From assembly GCF_036588685.1 (NCBI RefSeq), contig NC_086380.1, positions 13,640,001 through 13,704,000 on the forward strand: 64,000 nucleotides of DNA, given 5' to 3'. Source of the DNA: Mytilus trossulus (taxonomy: Eukaryota). Shown here piece after piece: positions 12,901 through 24,165 of the stretch; the stretch's first letter is position 1; every line of letters begins with the position of its first letter. The notes under the pieces were generated by a model. It was given only the letters and a program-made list of their open reading frames with translations. It searched no databases and was not told where the DNA came from. A program made the position numbers and the translations under genes.

Positions 12901-13815
12901 TTCGTCCGTCTGTCTGTCCCGCTTCAGGTTTAAGTTTTTAGTCAAGGTAGTTTTTGATGAAGCTGAAGTCCAATCAATTTGAAACTTAGTACACTTGTTG
13001 CTATGAAATTTTTTCTAATTTTAAGACCAGATTTAACTTTTGACCCCAATTTCAAGGTCCTGAACATAGAAAATAAAAGTGCAAGTTTCAGTTTAAAGTT
13101 TGTGGTCAAGGTAGTTTTTGATGAAGCTGAAGTCCAATCAACTTGAAACTTAGTACACATGTTGCTTATGACATGATCTTTCCAATTGTAATGCCAAATT
13201 ATATTATTTACCCAATTTCACGGTCCATTGAACATGGAAATGATAGTGCGAGTGGGGCATCCCTGTACTTTGGACACATTATTGTTTCGTTCTGATTTTC
13301 ATTAACATCATAAATCCAATCCGATTTTGTTTTTATACGTCCCTTCACGTGACGTTATGATTTGGTTTAAAACCTTCATGTGGTGACCTTTGGATCCATA
13401 TGGAAGAGAGGTTAATTACTATACCTTGCCTTCAGCTTGGGTCCCCTGTATCGAACCCCGCCTGGTTCATAAATCAATTTCGGATCACAAAAAAATAGCA
13501 AAATAGATCCATCTATAAATTAACAATCGGGTGTATCACTATATAATCTCCACGCTAATTTACATCCAGCTTCCTATATTAATACATACTTTTCTTAAAT
13601 TACAGACATCAACCCATTTTTTCTGGACAAATGGAGAAAAACACAACGGCAAATGGGATTGGGGTACTGGTCATCCAGCTTTTACTAATCCTAAATGGAC
13701 ATCAGGACAACCTGACGGTTCAGGAACATGCTTAGCAGTCTACACACACACTGGATTCTTTGACGATCAACCATGTGAAACGCAATACAACTATGTCTGC
13801 AAGACAAAAGCTTAA
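6854..13815 (+). CDS. M7: Sperm acrosomal vitelline-coat lysin (M7/M6 family) precursor, 218 aa; exons 6854-6944, 9702-9827, 10625-10678, 11598-11683, 12275-12364, 13606-13815
   Basis: All five introns are GT-AG with matching phases (1,1,1,0,0), and the exons total 657 nt = 218 aa + stop. Protein: MTRVAMVTLLVVFCAALIVEAKSLHKNKRNSESFRLKR|GLPYGWEKKFDAKINGFIYINHVTGETRSSPPTHGSSGTGPAPVQVSAREQGSCKPGWRYAFNFCYY...AACKQQGGELFW...FWTNG...WTSGQPDGSGTCLAV...FDDQPCETQYNYVCKTKA. A 38-aa prepro segment plus a 180-aa mature C-type-lectin protein is the architecture I recall for Mytilus M6/M7 lysins. M7 versus M6 cannot be resolved without an alignment. Confidence 0.9.
7192..7628 (+). mobile_element. 5'-truncated SINE/non-LTR insertion in a lysin intron
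   Basis: 15-bp TSD ttattttacatgtca (7177-7191, 7629-7643); 3' tail ggacgttaagcaaccaacaatcaattaatca. Confidence 0.8.
8213..8743. mobile_element. IS3EU-like MITE with internal ~21-bp repeats, in a lysin intron
   Basis: TIR TA(G/C)GGAAGCCGGTTAGTGTCAGGGT / ACCCTGACACTAACCGGCTTCCGTA; flanks ggttag / gattag (6-bp TSD, 1 mismatch); internal acgacttagctaagttgttata repeats in both orientations. Confidence 0.8.
9702..9827 (+). CDS. M7: Lysin coding exon 2 (KR cleavage site and WW-like module)
   Basis: Acceptor ttcttgtag, donor g|gtatgt; phase 1-1, 126 nt; encodes LPYGWEKKFDAKINGFIYINHVTGETRSSPP. Confidence 0.9.
10625..10678 (+). CDS. M7: Lysin coding exon 3 (Gly/Pro linker)
   Basis: Acceptor gatag, donor t|gtgagt; phase 1-1, 54 nt; encodes GSSGTGPAPVQVSAREQG. 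Confidence 0.85.
11598..11683 (+). CDS. M7: Lysin coding exon 4 (C-type lectin N-terminus)
   Basis: Acceptor tttcag, donor cag|gtaag; encodes CKPGWRYAFNFCYY, the long-form C-type lectin start motif. Confidence 0.92.
11730..11955. mobile_element. IS3EU-like MITE in a lysin intron
   Basis: TIR TATGGTGGCCGGATGC / GCATCCGGCCACCTTA; 6-bp TSD gatcta (11724-11729, 11956-11961). Confidence 0.8.
12275..12364 (+). CDS. M7: Lysin coding exon 5 (C-type lectin)
   Basis: Acceptor ttgcag, donor aag|gtacgt; phase 0-0; encodes AACKQQGGELFWSQFVFESFFLKKTLQTVK. Confidence 0.92.
12840..13290 (+). mobile_element. DINE-1/HINE-like repeat; related copies at 23722-24000 (+) and 24680-24930 (-)
   Basis: ttttatgcccc..ctacgatagtagaggggcat stem, (gtcc/gtct)n microsatellite, and shared core tttttgatgaag.tgaagtccaatcaacttgaaacttagtacac. 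Confidence 0.75.
13606..13815 (+). CDS. M7: Lysin coding exon 6 (C-type lectin C-terminus with QPD motif)
   Basis: Acceptor ttacag; encodes FWTNG, W..GQPD...CL, FDDQPC...YVCK; stop TAA; AATAAA at 14002-14007. Confidence 0.93.
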   Translation, partial: TSTHFFWTNGEKHNGKWDWGTGHPAFTNPKWTSGQPDGSGTCLAVYTHTGFFDDQPCETQYNYVCKTKA

Positions 13816-15544
13816 TAATCCATAGCGCAAAAAAAAAAATAGAATACAAAATACTTTTGAATGGAAACAGTAGACATTAATATATTATTTTATATTCTTA
13901 CAACAGATATATATTTATCACATGACAAGTGCATGCTGAAATAATATTGAAATTTATGAAAACCCTGTATCGAAATGACTACATTTCACTTGTCTATATA
14001 AAATAAAGAACTAAAGACAACTAGGGTATGCTTCGTATTTTTAACAAATAAAACAAATCAATATGAAATACAATAAAAAAAAAATGTCTGTGTCTTATAT
14101 TTTACCATATTCGTAGATGTCAATAATACCTATACCTGCAGGGGACTGTATGTTAGCATTCACAATTGGGTGCAGGCTATGAAGCTGTTCTATAAATACC
14201 CCACGTCTATTAGACAACAGCTTAACAACACATGAACCTTTATCACAGATTTATATTTAAAAAAGTAAACCATTATAGTTTAGAATATGAGGTTCTCTAC
14301 ATTAATATCGTTAACCATCAGCTGCGAGTGAGCAACACTGCAAGAACGTGAATCTCTTTTTTTGTGTGTGTGTGGGGGGGGGGGGGGGGGGGGGGGTTAC
14401 AGAAAACGAACAAAGCATACTTTACATTGGATTCGAGTGGTTGATTTGGGAATGTACAACGGGCGGCAGCCAAATGTTCATGTTCAGTAATGTCGATTTT
14501 GACTGTTGCCGTTCAGGAGTTACGGTTCTTAATATTGAAAAGATGGTGTTTCTAGTTGTGTCTGTGCATTTAGGTTACTTATGTCGCCGATAACTTTTCA
14601 TTTATGATAACGTCAATGCTAATTTCTTCTCACATCGAAATTACGTAGCGATTAGCTGGTGATATAGACAAAGGAAAGGTATTAAGTTGTTCTTTGCCCT
14701 ACTTTTATTAGACGGCAACTAACAACACAACATACTATTGTGTGTGTAAGCTGTTCTATAAATTGCAATCATCAATGAGACAGCAACGAAACGAAACAAC
14801 CTGAAACTTTTGTCACCTTCAGGTTACCATTTTTCATTTTGTGGACGAATCTTTTCTATAAATACCTAACCGGTGTTCTCTAATTGCACTACGTCAATGA
14901 GACAGCAACCACACTATACATCCTTACTTTTATCACTTACATGTAGGCTAAGCTGTTCTATAATATACAGTTGTTAATTTCTGTGTCATTTGGTCTGTTT
15001 TGGAGAGTTGTTTCATTGGTAATCATACATCTTTTTTTTATTTCCACGCATCAAAAAGATAGTAACTAATATCAATACAAACTGCACTTTTATTACTTTC
15101 ATTTTGCCAGAGTGTAGTTGATGATGATCTATAAGATTATTACCTCATGACAATTGAACTAAGCGTACTTTTGTCCCTTTAAAGTTAGCATGTGTCATTG
15201 AATGCAGGCGAAGATGTTCTGTAATACACGTCAAATAAGGCGGCAACCTATATTACATAACTATCACATGCATGGCCAATTATTAAAAAATGTAAGCCAA
15301 AACCGATATTTTGAGTTCAGTAAACCATCAATAACATCACGGCAAAAGAAAAAAAAAAACGGGCTCGTCTAGATATTCGACATGATATAGTCGGTATGAA
15401 AAACGAAACTACCTATTATTCTATATTTCTTAATTTGTTCTGTGAGTTTGCCGATGTTTCTCCTCGAAGCCTAATGTTTTATTTGCTTTTGTCGTATTGT
15501 TGATGTGATTATCCCATTAGCCATTGTCAGATCAAAACGTCGAA

Positions 15545-16095
15545 TATGCAAGCAGTACATGAAATCCATATCAGGAAAACCACTTCAAACACATAGAAAT
15601 GGTACAAAGAAGATCGGCACGTTTCATCAATACAGTGCTCATAGAACCTGTGTCAGTCACTAGCCTTCTAAATGAGCTAAAACTACCATCATTAGAGACT
15701 AGACGGAAAATAAAAAGTCTGCTTTTTTCACAAAGCTTTAAAATAAAACAAAAATAGCCATAAATATTCCTGATTATGTAAGACAACACGGCCTTACCAC
15801 CAAAGTAAATTTAGAAACTTCAAACTTCAACAAACACATACAAGTACAGCCTCTTTCCATGCACGTACCACCAAAGACTGGAATACCCTACCAATAAAAC
15901 TGCTGAATATAGAAGATGCAGAGGCATTCAAGAACAGCCACACATCTTATTTTTAAAACAAGAAGTCACACAACAAACATTTGATTTTAATTTCACATGT
16001 AAATATGTTTTTAATGAGCACCATTTTGAATGACCTAATTAGTACTTGCGTGATGGGTCTTATACCCTTTGCATTTCAATAATGTAGATGTAGAA
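15545..16095 (+). mobile_element. Degenerate LINE 3' fragment (CR1/L2-like RT C-terminus)
   Basis: Translates to IEMVQRRSARF...LLNELKLPSLETRRK...SLFP..KDWNTLP; tail tgtagatgtag. Confidence 0.75.
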
Positions 16096-18669
16096 CTGAA
16101 CGACAAAGATGAGTTTTCGTCACTTCCATATGACAGTGTATCGCGGTTAGTCTTAAAAGTTTATTAAATGCAAATCATACAGCAATGAGACCGCAACTTA
16201 ACGAAATATGTACTTTTGTCAATTTCATGTTCGCGTGTATGGGCTTAGCTGTGATATGTTATATGAATGGCCTGGAGTGTGAGACAGCAACAAAACATTA
16301 CGACGGAAATTTTTGTCACTTACGTGTTCGCATGTATCATTGTGTGTAAAATGTCCGTCTATTGCATGTAAACATGAGTTGTGTACACTATAAACCCGTT
16401 CTTTTAATTAACGAAACAACATGCATGCACTTGATTCACTTACATGTTAGCATAAAAATTATGTATCATTGTATGTTGGCTACTTGAGGTTTTGGGTAAG
16501 CTGTTCTATCAATTCCCCTCGTTATAACGTCGTCATAGAAATGCAAGAACATTTGACATCAAAAAACGAAATTCTAATTCATTGGGTTTGTAACGATAAT
16601 GTTCATTGCACGTTAACAAATATTTTAAAGAGGTAAATTCTACGTTCTACGTACCAGTCCGTAACTTAGAAAGCCACCATTTTGAATTCCGATTTTTTTG
16701 GGCATGTCATTTCTCAGAAAAAAAAATACATGAAAATCTCATTTTGAGACTCAAAATCTTTTAATAGTCAATGTTGAAACAATGCTGAAGCGTACGAAAG
16801 GTATAAATACGTCTAGAGTTTCAATCGTCTTTAGCAACTAAACGATGTGACGTCATGTGTATACTCACTATGTCAATCATAAACAATAGCCGTATTTATA
16901 CATTTCGTGCGCTTCAGGATGGTTGCAAAATATTTGTCAACGTCCAATGAAGGAGGTCTTATTGGGGGGTTCTGATCCCGGATCCCGCTTGATGTTTTGT
17001 GAGATTTCCGTATCCCGCTAACACTATGTACGAAAGCAATTCTCATTTTTTTGTAATTTTCCGTGTCCCGCTTGACCTCATTTCCCGTTGTCACGACACA
17101 CTAATTTGACTTTCGCGTATCACGCTTACGAAAAAATTGACAAACCCGCGTCACGCTTAGACCCCAATGAGACCCACAATGAAAATAATCGTTACAAACG
17201 AATTACATAAGAATATACGTTTACCTAGGTCCGTTCTTCGTCGGAAAGTAAACTCAATTTGCGACAGTAAAATCTACGTTTTGCGAAGACCAAGCATAAA
17301 CTACAATACAGTTATCTCCTAATTTAACTAATGAAGAACTGGGATCAAACGAACTGAATAATATAAACAGCCACATGGTTTAATTTGAGGGCTTTAGTCA
17401 CTTTTGCGCGAGATGAAAATCAACATGATTTTGGGTAGCAGCAAGGGATCAAAGATGTGTGTATATTGCTAGCTAATAAAACATCTTCAATGTCAGACTT
17501 TGAAGCACTAACGCATACATTTACTAGGCAGTAATTGCATGATTTGACTTTCAGATATGGCACACAACAAAATGAAGATTAGGATATAAGATCATATAAT
17601 ATCTGAACATCAGTTCAAAATTTCACTTTAATTATTTTTAGTGGACACTAATGGGGAGGGTTTGGATCCCGCTAATATAAAAGGGAGGGTTGAGATTCCG
17701 CTAACATATTTTACCCCGCCAAATTCTCTATGTACATGTATGTGCCTGTCCCAAGTCAGGAGCCTGTTTTTCAGTGGTTGTCGTATGTTTATGTGTAACA
17801 TATTTGTTTTTCGTTCATTTTTTATACATAACGTAGGCCGTTAGTTTTTTCGTTTGAAGTGTTTAACATTGTCATTTCAGAGCCTTTTATAGCTGATTAT
17901 GCGGTATGGGCTTTGCTCATCAATAAAGGTCGTTCGGTGACCTATACTTGTTAATTTCTGTGTCATTTTGCTTTCTTGAGGAGAGTTGTCTCATTGGTAA
18001 GCATACCACATCCTCCTATTTTTTATAACTAATAATCAACAAAAATGGACCTCTTTTTAAAACCATTACTTTTGCGCCAATTACTGTTTTTCAGGGGTAT
18101 CAGTTGCGCCAATATTCGGAACTCATTTGCGCCAATTTACATTTTGTACCTAGATATAGGAAGATGTGGTGTGAGTGCCAATGAGACAACTCTCCATCCA
18201 AATAACAATTTAAAAATTAAACCATTATAGGTTAAAGTACGGCCTTCAACACGGAGCCTTGGCTCACACCGAACAACAAGCTGTACACATATCTATCAAA
18301 ATATTAACGATTAATATATCATATATATATGTTGTGTACAAGTTATCATTTTGTACAAATTATAATTTTTACAAAAATATTGTACAAATTATAATTTGTA
18401 TTTTGACGTTGTTTACGTTTTAGTGTCTATAAATTAATAGGAATACTTTCACGCAGGCGCAGTATATCGTAAAGGAAGCACCTGTAGGACTCGTGAAAAC
18501 ATTTGAATAAAGAATTAGTTCTATCTTTTTAATCAAAATTGAATATCATTATTAAAAGTCCGATAACCATTGGCTAGCGAAGATGAGTTTTACATGGCAA
18601 TAAATCTATATACATACAAGTATATTGTGTGTCAATATAAAAAAATGTTATCATCAAAACATTGCTGGT

Positions 18670-18914
18670 TTAATCTGGATTTGAAAAATCTCCAATATCA
18701 TTTTTCGCTTTTTTGGAACAAGCTTTCCGTGTTACATGCCTACACAGACTAGATCGCCATTTAAACATTTCTCCACACAGGCTACACTGAAATGAAGCTT
18801 CGCCATGCACACACTTTACATGATCCTTGAAATAACGCCTATCATTAAAGATCATATCACATTGTGGACACTGGTATTGTTCTTCTACTTTCTTTTTCTG
18901 TTCGGTATCTAATG
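18670..18914 (-). CDS. Variable cassette V4 exon d (2 fingers, terminal)
   Basis: Acceptor ctttttttcag, phase 1; YQCPQCDMIFNDRRYFKDHVKCVH and FQCSLCGEMFKWRSSLCRHVTRKAC; V4 totals 741 nt = 246 aa + stop. Confidence 0.87.
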
Positions 18915-19369
18915 CTGAAAAAAAGAGTAAAAAAGGTCCAGTCCATATAATGAAAATAGAACGCCGCATTTCTGTTGAATGAAACTTCGTGCATATTATA
19001 CTTAAGCTAGTACAAGACATGCATGTTTAGACTTTTACACAAACTACACAGCTTCAAACTTTCAACAAGAAGCGTGATTTTAAGACTGAACAAACACTTC
19101 TATTATCCATACTTCAGATCCACTCTTTTACATACAAATACGTGTGTTTGTATAGACTTTTACTAACTATACTTCAGAGATACAACCCTTTACAAGACAC
19201 AGGCATATGTCTTTGTAGAATAAGACTTCTACTAACTATACTTCAGATAAAGACTCTTTTTACATACAAATACATGCATTTGAACAATGTATAGACTTCT
19301 GTTAACAATACTTCAATAATTCAAATCTTTACAGACAAGTATATATCTTTGTAAACTTCTTGTATCTAC

Positions 19370-21241
19370 ACTTTTGAGCTACAAACATTTAAAGAGAAGC
19401 AAGTGTTTTTGTAGACTTCTACTGTATTTTATTGTATTTCAGAGCTAGACTACAAACCTTTACACCGACACACGTCTCTTTGTAGACTTATAATGTACTC
19501 CAATGCTACACACCTTTACACCGAAACACGTGTCTTTGTTAACTTCTACTGTATTTCAGAGCTACAAACCTTTACACCGAAACACGCGTCTTGGTAACTT
19601 TTAATGTATTTCAGAGCTACAAATGTACGAACCTTTACATCGGAACACGTATCTTAGAAGACTTCTACTGTATTTCAGAGCTACAAACCTTTACACCGGA
19701 ACACGCGTCTTAGAAGACTTCTACTGTATTTAAAGAGCTACAAACCTTTACACCAGAACACGTGTCTTAGAAGACTTCTACTGTATTTAAGAGCTACAAA
19801 CCTTTACACCGAAACACGTGTCTTTGAAGACTTCTGTATTTCAGAGCTACAAACCTTTACAACGGAACACGTGTCTTTGAAGAATTCTACTGTATTTCAG
19901 AGCTACAAACCTTTACAACGGGACACGTGTCTTTGAAGACTTCTACTGTATTTCAGAGATACAAACCTTTACAACGGAACACGTGCCTTTGAAGACTTCT
20001 ACTGTATTTCAGAGCTACAAACCTTTACAACGGAACACGTGTCTTTGAAGACTTCTACTGTATTTCAGAGCTACAAACCTTTACAACGGAACACGTGTCT
20101 TTGAAGACTTCTACTGTATTTCAGAGCTACACACCTTTACAACGGAACACGTGTCTTTGAAGACTTCTACTGTATTTCAGAGCTACAAACCTTTACAACG
20201 GAACACGTGTCTTTGAAGACTTCTACTGTATTTCAGAGCTACAAACCTTTACAACGGAACACGTGTCTTTGAAGACTTCTACTGTATTTCAGAGCTACAA
20301 ACCTTTACAACGGAACACGTGCCTTTGAAGACTTCTACTGTATTTCAGAGCTACAAACCTTTACAACGGAACACGTGTCTTTGAAGACTTCTACTGTATT
20401 TCAGAGCTACAAACCTTTACAACGGAACACGTGTCTTTGAAGACTTCTACTGTATTTCAGAGCTACACACCTTTACAACGGAACACGTGTCTTTGAAGAC
20501 TTCTACTGTATTTCAGAGATACAAACCTTTACAACGGAACACGTGCCTTTGAAGACTTCTACTGTATTTCAGAGCTACAAACCTTTACAACGGAACACGT
20601 GTCTTTGAAGACTTCTACTGTATTTCAGAGCTACAAACCTTTACAACGGAACACGTGTCTTTGAAGACTTCTACTGTATTTCAGAGCTACACACCTTTAC
20701 AACGGAACACGTGTCTTTGAAGACTTCTACTGTATTTCAGAGCTACAAACCTTTACAACGGAACACGTGTCTTTGAAGACTTCTACTATATTTCAGAGCT
20801 TCAAACTATACAACGGAACACGTGTCTTTGAAGACTTCTACTGTATTTCAGAGATACAAACCTTTACAACGGAACACGTGTCTTATAAGACATCTACTGT
20901 ATTTCAGAGCTACAAACCTTTACAACGGAACACGTGTCTTTGAAGACTTCTACTGTATTTCAGAGATACAAAACTTTACAACGGAACACGTGTCTTTGAA
21001 GACTTCTACTGTATTTCAGAGCTACAAACCTTTACACCGGAACACGTGTCTTAGAAGACATCTACAGTATTTCAGAGATACAACCCTTTACAACGGAACA
21101 CGTGTCTTTGAAGACTTCTACTGTATTTCAGAGATACAAACCTTTACACCGGAACACGTGTCTTAGAAGACATCTACTGTATTTCAGAGATACAAACCTT
21201 TACAACGGAACACGTGTCTTTGAAGACTTCTACTGTATTTC
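19370..21241. repeat. 56-bp tandem repeat (~30 copies) derived from the V4 exon c end plus donor
   Basis: Unit aaacctttacaacggaacacgtgtctttgaagacttctactgtatttcagagctac, period 56 (e.g. 20083 to 20139); decays toward 19100. Confidence 0.97.
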
Positions 21242-21348
21242 ATTGTTTTCCCACACCGTTGGCACATCCATTGCTTATCTGTTGTATGACTTAGCATGTG
21301 TTCCCTAAGATGTCCTTTCTGTGAGAAATCTTTATTGCATACTTCACA
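21198..21348 (-). CDS. Variable cassette V4 exon c (2 fingers; absent from the ORF track)
   Basis: Acceptor atattag, phase 0; CEVCNKDFSQKGHLREHMLSHTTDKQWMCQRCGKTMKYSRSLQRHVFRCK; joins exon b as VFK|CEVC; donor aaag|gtttgt, phase 1. Confidence 0.87.
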
Positions 21349-21567
21349 CTAATATATTAAATAAAAAATATAAATATTATAAAAAAATATCAAAAAAAAG
21401 ACAAACGATTTATTTTTTAAAGATCATCATTGATTTCTACTTTTGATAAAATACAGAGTACGTTTGTATCTTGCAGTAATGGAGATAAATCACTTAAAAC
21501 GGCTTACATAGAATGTTTTAAACTTGGCATCCAAGTTATGGGAAATTAACAATATAAACATAAATGG

Positions 21568-21835
21568 TTGGAACATTGTCCTCAAGTAATTTGAAATTTA
21601 CCTTCTCAACAGATATGTTCGGAACATGGTCTTGCGAGTTATTGGAAATTTACCTTGTAAAGAGAAATGTTTGGAACATGGTCTACGAGTTTCGAGTTTA
21701 CCTAAAAACAGAAATATATCAGGAACATGGTCTACGAGTTATGGAAAATTTACCTTAAACACAGAAATTTTTGGAACATGGTCTCAGAGTTATTGAAAAT
21801 TTACCTTAAACACAGAAATATTTGGGACATGGACT
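21568..21835. repeat. ~51-bp tandem repeat (~5 copies) derived from the V4 exon b end plus donor
   Basis: The gg(a/g)acatgg...aaatttaccttaaacacagaaat unit recurs at about 21570, 21621, 21673, 21722, 21773 and 21824. Confidence 0.85.
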
Positions 21836-22108
21836 CCGTGGTCCCGGCGAACATGTTGTTGTAGACTATACTGCCGGCTATAAACTTTTCCACAATCGGC
21901 GTGCCGGCATGTAAATATCAGTGGATCAGCATGACGCTTTCTATGTTCCTTCATTGCAGCCGGACTGGCAAATATTTTACCACAATCACATGTCTGTGTT
22001 TTGCCCAGATGAATCAACTTATGTCTGGACAAATTTGACTTTCTATTAAATACTTTTTTACACTGATTACATTTAAATCCATCACTCTGCTGCTTTGTAT
22101 TCTTTTTA
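21805..22108 (-). CDS. Variable cassette V4 exon b (3 C2H2 fingers)
   Basis: Acceptor cttttctag, phase 2; FKCNQCKKVFNRKSNLSRHKLIH, CDCGKIF..H..H, CRHADCGKVY..HVRRDH; donor aag|gtaaat, phase 0. Confidence 0.88.
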
Positions 22109-22266
22109 CTAGAAAAGAGAAAAGAGTAACAAACAATATCAAATGTAGATATTTATTACTATATTTGATGTAAAGGATATATAGAGATTAATTTTCTAGT
22201 GTTAGAGTAAACGAATGCAGATCATGCATGTGAAATAATATTTGGCATAATAAGAGTCCATTTATC

Positions 22267-23116
22267 GGTGTCTTCCTCGAATGCCAACATTTTATGTGTG
22301 ACCTATTCCTTGAATGCCAACAAAAATATTTCAATGGATGTTTATATAATAACAATAGGTGTTTTTAGAACTATCTAAATGTTTTTAAAAGTATAAAATA
22401 ATTAATGAGCTTGATAAAATTGCAACATTTTATTACTTTTTGATAAGAAAAATGGTAGATTTTAAGGTTAAAATTATGAATTTTAAAGAAATAAATATTA
22501 CATATTAAAACGTTTTTACAATTCCTTGCTTTCTATTAAAAAAAAAGATAACTTGGGAATGGAAGTGTTTATTTACATAAGACTTTTCAGAATTTTTATC
22601 AAAGAAATTTGCATACAGATATATTTAAAAAAAAAAAAAAAATATTAAAGATTTATCATCAATATATCTGAACAATTGCAAACTGAACAAAATAAAACAT
22701 AGTTATCTAACATGAGAATCAAAATTTCAAGAAATTCCATCAAGTAATATTAGAGAAATTACAGCACACAAAACTATATAAATGTTGAAAAAAAACCTTG
22801 AAGTCCAAAGAGAATTTGAACAAACTGGATTTCATGACAATATGCACATGTTGACTTTGTTGAATTTTAAGATGATCCATATTTATTTTTAAGTACAACT
22901 GAATGCAGTAACAGCAACACATGATTTTCGAAAACTTGAAAAACATGAACTTGTTTTAGCTACCTGTTTTTACCTATCTGTTTAATTAGTATGATTGTTT
23001 TGATAAGCATTCATTTTTGTTGTGATAACTACTTGCACTTATTCCTTGAACGCCAACATAATTTTACAGGTAAATTGTCGGTAGATCAAAGGATGTTGGC
23101 ATTCAAGGAATAAACC
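22267..23116. mobile_element. Non-autonomous TIR element (MULE/Merlin-like) in a V4 intron
   Basis: ttcct(c/t)gaatgccaacat terminal and subterminal inverted repeats; TSD catttatc (22259-22266, 23117-23124). Confidence 0.7.
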
Positions 23117-24124
23117 CATTTATCGACACGGACTTTTCATCAACTCCTGGCATGATTACGCGTAATTACCTTGAGGCTATGTTTTTTTTAAAAACATATG
23201 AAAAAATCATCAATGTAGAAACTAGTTCAAAACTGCAATGTTGATGGAACTTCAAGCATTTATCCCCATGCAAACAGTATAGCCAGCTAAATAGGCCTAT
23301 GACGCAGTTTAAATCGTTATTTAACATACATATAATTAAGAGACTTTACCATTGTTCATACAATTTAGTGTCATATATACATAAGCAAATTGCAAAAAAA
23401 AAAGATACAAACAGTATAAGAGGGACATTTTTAAACAAGACTATAATAAAAGTAAACAAAAGAAGTGTTTCTCATCAAGGCTAAAAATCATGCTTGTTAA
23501 AGATGGTATTTGATGAAAATTTCATTAAAAATATGTGAACACTGCAATGTTCTATCAAAATTGTCTGCTGTTCCAATATGTAAAACTTTCTACTATTTTA
23601 GTTTAAAAAGCATGCCATTAATATTGTTAAAAATAGTAGATTTTCACTCTTGATTATTATAATAGACACTCAAATCGTTTTTGGTATACCAATTTCATTA
23701 TGTGTTTAAAACTTTTAAAACTTTTTTATGCCCCATTTATAGACATTATGTTTTCCGGCCTGTGCGTCTAACCGTCTGTCCGTTCGTTCGTTCGGTCGCC
23801 CGTCTGTCCCGCTTCAGTTCCAAGTTTTTGGTCGAGTTCGTTTTTGATGAAGTTGAAGTCCAATCAACTTGAAAACGTAGTAAACGTGTTTCCTATGATA
23901 TGATCTTTCTAATTTTAATGCCAAATTCGAGATTTTATCCCATTTTCACGGTCCACTGAACATAGAAAATGATAGTGTGGATGAGGCATCCGTGTCCTTA
24001 GGTTTTATATATATATTGACATACTGTGAGTGAAACGAACGGATAGAGAGGAAACCAGCGACATTTCACACTTCCGATTATTCAGACATCAAAACTGTCC
24101 CTTAGTAATTTGAAATGTACTTAC

Positions 24125-24165
24125 TTATCTGTATCAGAATTTGCATCTTCTGTGAAATCCGAATC
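24125..24165 (-). CDS. Variable cassette V4 exon a (41-nt acidic micro-exon)
   Basis: Acceptor ttattttcag, phase 0; encodes DSDFTEDANSDTD; donor aa|gtaagt, phase 2, matching the phase-2 acceptor at 22108. Confidence 0.8.

Noticed and set aside
13531-13605. ORF-track start for a 94-aa lectin
   Set aside because: Intronic. The real exon starts at 13606 after ttacag.
19370-21241. CRISPR-like array, or coding ORFs 20822-21308
   Set aside because: Contiguous 56-bp units with no unique spacers and no cas genes, in eukaryotic DNA. The unit is not a multiple of 3, and the + strand ORFs are antisense artefacts.
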